A stretch of DNA of 56,806 nt, filler included, from Platydemus manokwari (taxonomy: Eukaryota), in NCBI GenBank assembly GCA_037951405.1. It is 5 parts of 5 records of this genome, joined end to end, with 100 filler letters (N's around TTAATTAATTAA, not from the genome) between each part and the next. Parts side by side here need not be neighbours in the genome. Positions count along the whole stretch, not along the records: positions 46,669 to 56,806 come from JBBMOY011164657.1; 4 more parts are not named here. The stretch is one strand, 5' to 3'. This document shows, piece after piece, positions 53,101 through 56,806 of this stretch; within the stretch, counting starts at the first letter, position 1, and each line of letters opens with the position of its first letter. The position numbers and the translations under genes were made by a program. The notes under the pieces were generated by a model. That model did no database searches. It worked only from the letters and a program-made list of their open reading frames with translations, and was not told where the DNA came from.

Positions 53101-56100
53101 TTCATTTTCAAATATTGATTGGTTTTGAATTTCTGTCTGTTTTACAATTTATTCGAGCATACTGTATGTTTAGAAAAGTATTTCTCAATGAATCGAAAAC
53201 AATGTCGCGAAGCTTTGAATTGTTATAAAAATTTTACCAAAAGAATGGACAGGGTGAATAAATTTCTAAGATTAGCAGAAGTGATTCTTTTTTTGGAAGT
53301 ATCGATGTTAAATTAAATAGAATTATGTTAAGGATATCGGATGTGGTGATAAAGATGGTCTGGAATTACAACCGGTAAGTCGAATTGTATTTGTTATTGC
53401 TTTTAAAAAATATATGATCAATGAATGACAGAAATATGTATTTTTTGTTTGTTTTGATTATATTTCATTATGATTTTCCATTCGGTACTTTCTTTGTTTG
53501 GTTCTTTATTAGTGAATGAATTGGATTAGAATTATCAGTTTTAAATGTCAAAAACATTCCCAAAATACATGCTTGTAGGTAAAGATTATATTCAATCATT
53601 CCATTGATAAGTTATTTTCAATATTTTACTGAAGTACACTTGCCAAGTGGCATATAATAATTACAGGAATAACTTTACTCCATTTTGTAGGTGTTTTATT
53701 TTTAAAACGAAAGAGCGAGAGAAATACAACAATGTTTACAAACACAAGCCACTAACTTTATTTTTTATAATAAATATTTTAAAAGCATAAACAAACCAAA
53801 GATAATAATTATAATTAATAGAGTTATTCAATTATTATTCCAAATTTTATTAAGAAGGCTTATATTTGTATATTGTTCAAATTATTTTGATCGTGATTTG
53901 AATTGTATTAAATGTCTCCAGATTTATATATCGTCTTTATTCGAGAAAATTTTATTTATCATTACATTGAATTTAAATACTTTATATTAAAATTTTGTGT
54001 CTTGCTAATTTGAAATCGTTACGACTTTTATGGTCTTTTAATATTATTTATTATCATTAACATAATTATTAAAAATTTGGGTTTTTCTTTTATGATCTTT
54101 GTAAAATAACAAATGTTTCTTTTTGGTGTTGTTTTGAATTCTTTAGTGATGAATTATATTTATAAATACTTTTGATTATCAGACAGCAATTAAAAAATCT
54201 GAAGAGGAAATTATTGTATTTACCAAATTGTTTACAAAAAATCAGTTAAGAAAATAATTTTGCCCTCATTAATTCAAGTACTGAGCTGGTTTTAAAATTC
54301 GAACATGTACTTTATTTGTGATTACATAAGTTTTGATTTTTACCAATTTTTCAAAATTTTTAATAGAAATTTGAACATTATTATTACGTGGTTTCTTTCT
54401 GGAACCGATTTGTTTTATTATTAATACCTTACCATTGGATGGAAATATTATGAACCATTTTATCAAATATATCCATTGACAAACAATCATTTAATATAAC
54501 CCCATTTGTTTTCTGTGCAACTCATTAAGTTCAAAGATAATTTGATCAATTCGACCTTCCGTACGTGTTTACTTGGATAAACTTTCAAACCGTATCGTAC
54601 TTTTGTGATGTTTTTGTAAAATTTATCAATCCATCACAATATATAATTGCTGATGTAATTCTGTCTCTAGGTTCCACCTAGTGTCCTGGAAGCTCTAGAA
54701 AATCATTTGAATTATTTAGAAGGGAAAAAGTAAATTAATAATTAATTAAATAATCTGTGGAACTCAACTCATAAATGTTGTTTGATTTTTGTAGAGGAAA
54801 TGAAACTTGCTATTCTTCTACTACCAATCAGGAATTAACTGTATCTCAATCTGATAAAATAGGTGGTCTTACTGACATTGAAAAACAGAAAATCATTGAG
54901 GAAGAAAAAGCGAAACTCGAGGAATTTTCTGCTAGTAGAGCAAAAAATTGTAATTTTTCTTTAATGCTTTTATTGAGATTTGATTTGATAATTTGTGGCA
55001 TATTTTATTTCTTGATTATTTGATTAATATTGATTGGTGTTGTTTTAAACAAAATAATAATTTAATATCAAATTACTTTGTATTGTCGAATATAATGGTG
55101 GCCATAAATATTATTGATAGGCAATATTTATTTTTCTTATTTCTTCAAAGATTCAAGTGAGAATGAAGATGCAAAAAAAAGATAAAATCATTTCAAGGAA
55201 TGATTCTCATCTGGAATTGTTGCGATTGATTATTTATTATATTTTTATATGAAGTCAAGTTTCTATTGTTGAAATATAAAGTGGGAAATCAGAAAAAATA
55301 TTTCCTTATTTTCATTTATTTATATATCAAATAAACTTTCATTGAATATTTAATCGATATTTAGTGCTTTTTTCGTTATGGGTTTTAATTTTTATTTGTT
55401 TCCTATAAACCAAAGATTATGAGACACACACAGATAAATATATGTATATATTTGCTTGTGAAATTGCATTTTCAAATTATCATATTAACTGAATTTCTAA
55501 TCAATCTTTTCCGCAAAATTTGATAAACCATGGCTTTATAATCTAAAATCATAGCAATATGTCGGATTGGGACAAATTGATGACCCCTGAAACCATGGAA
55601 TTCTGTGAGTGATGTAAGTGGTGAAAGTTATTGTTTATCACAATTCGCTAAAGAATCGTCTTTCAAATTGTGAACTTTTATTATTACTGGCACTTGTCAA
55701 TGAACAACAAATCAAACCCAAAATCGAATTATTATGGTATGGGATAAAATATGATTTGATTTTAATGAACTCATGGTATTGTGTCTGTATAATGGTGATG
55801 ATTTTGAGATCTATTCTTGAATTATTATTCTGGAAATCTCAGTGAACTTGAGTATTAATAATTGTTATACTAAAATTTTTAACTTGAAAAATCAGTTGAC
55901 TTCGCACAATTCTTTTATCTTATAATGATAATAATTTATATTTCAATATTAAATTATCCTAAATTTCACGATGCAAAAATATTTGGCTCATTTTTCCATT
56001 TACTAATAGCATGAGCTGATTTCATACTAGTCGTAATGTGATTATTTATTTCAATGTCAATCTCAAATTTTTCGTCTCGATCATTTACTAAAGAAGTGAG

Positions 56101-56750
56101 ATAAAACTGTACACCGTAATTGAGTTGAATCACGTACTTAAATAGCTTGATAAGTTTCTTATTTCAAAATTTTGGTTTCGTGTGAAATGATGAATAATTT
56201 GCATGAATAAAATCATTTTTCATTGAGTATCACGAACCGAAACTTGAACAATGGCAAATTCTTTGCTGTTTCATTTTTAATCCAAATCACATAATAAATG
56301 ATATTCAGCTAAAATGACTACAGCAAAGTCAGAACCCCATCTTAAAGCTCAATCTGCAACTCCGAGTAATACTTGTTCCGTGAAACCAATTACAAAAACA
56401 AGCGATGATCTAGTATTATTGGGTTTGGATCCTGATCCTCAAACGGCCAATCTCACAAATAATTTCATTTCTCCGGAAGTAGCTGATATTTTCGGTGTAA
56501 CTACTACTTCAATCCAACCTCCGAAACCATTTACAAATGATCCTTTTACAATGAATTCCACTTTTAGTTCTCATCCAGCACCGGGTTTGAATGAAATATT
56601 GTTCTGTTGATTACTTTTTTATATTTATTTTCCAGGCTTGTACAAAGAAATAAATTTCGATAAAGCATTCGGTAATATTGGATCAGGGAATAGAGGTATT
56701 TTATCGATTTTCAAACTATTTTTTGCATTCTATTAGGTTGTCCCATATGA
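47186..56750 (+). CDS. PICALM: PICALM/AP180 (SNAP91/unc-11 family) ANTH-domain clathrin assembly protein, 14 exons, about 469 aa
   Basis: Exons 47186-47351, 47405-47547, 47598-47673, 50050-50152, 50201-50240, 50458-50514, 50581-50692, 53174-53280, 53333-53374, 54671-54729, 54795-54949, 56309-56584, 56636-56695, 56737-56750 (TGA); total 1410 nt in frame. ANTH motifs [46 protein letters not shown] and [19 protein letters not shown]; tail has DIF, DPF and FDKAF motifs. The last two exons are less certain. Confidence 0.95.
48614..49497. repeat. Diverged block repeat A-B-B-A-B in PICALM intron 3
   Basis: Unit B (about 195 bp, core TTTCATTTTCAAAATTGTTGGACA...AAAGAATTATATTTTTATAG) at about 48748, 48965 and 49303. 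Unit A (ATTGAATGCA...CTGTTATTGCTTTATTTGT..GATTTTATGGTATTATT) at 48614 and 49188. Confidence 0.9.
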
Positions 56751-56806
56751 AATGTCCGATTTTTATATATTGAACTTTAAATCAAAATTTTTTAAAAACT
56801 ACTTAA

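Noticed and set aside
1-56806. Stop-codon reassignment to explain the interrupted frames
   Set aside because: All conserved exons of the five genes translate cleanly with the standard code, and the interrupted regions also need frameshifts.
1-56806. tRNA, rRNA, spliced-leader RNA, CRISPR or prokaryotic operon features
   Set aside because: None recognised by eye and the DNA is eukaryotic; a tRNAscan/Infernal search would be needed to exclude small RNAs.

Overview
This is very AT-rich, intron-containing animal genomic DNA. A planarian-like flatworm origin is my inference, from the PICALM N-terminal style, the 41-66 nt mini-introns and the presence of a motile-cilia gene. The window is five contigs joined by four artificial 100-bp spacers (44 N + TTAATTAATTAA + 44 N), so adjacency across the spacers is unproven. 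Five protein-coding genes can be spliced by hand: SDHAF3 (-, complete), head-to-head with LRRC6/DNAAF11 (+, 11 exons, 3'-truncated at a spacer); a receptor guanylyl cyclase (-, only juxtamembrane and kinase-homology exons visible); a SNAG-less Snail zinc-finger gene (+, 2 exons); and PICALM/AP180 (+, 14 exons, about 469 aa). Between them lie decayed transposon relics (internally deleted mariner with 89-bp inverted repeats, R2/NeSL-type REL retrotransposon, Ty3/Gypsy RT, weaker LINE/Penelope/P-like pieces), (ATT)n microsatellites and an intronic block repeat. I cannot demonstrate a new biological system. The best leads are the Snail locus (altered repression module and an E-box-rich upstream island carrying an orphan ORF), a possible decayed divergent gene pair around an X-box at the window start, and candidate RFX/MYB elements at LRRC6.
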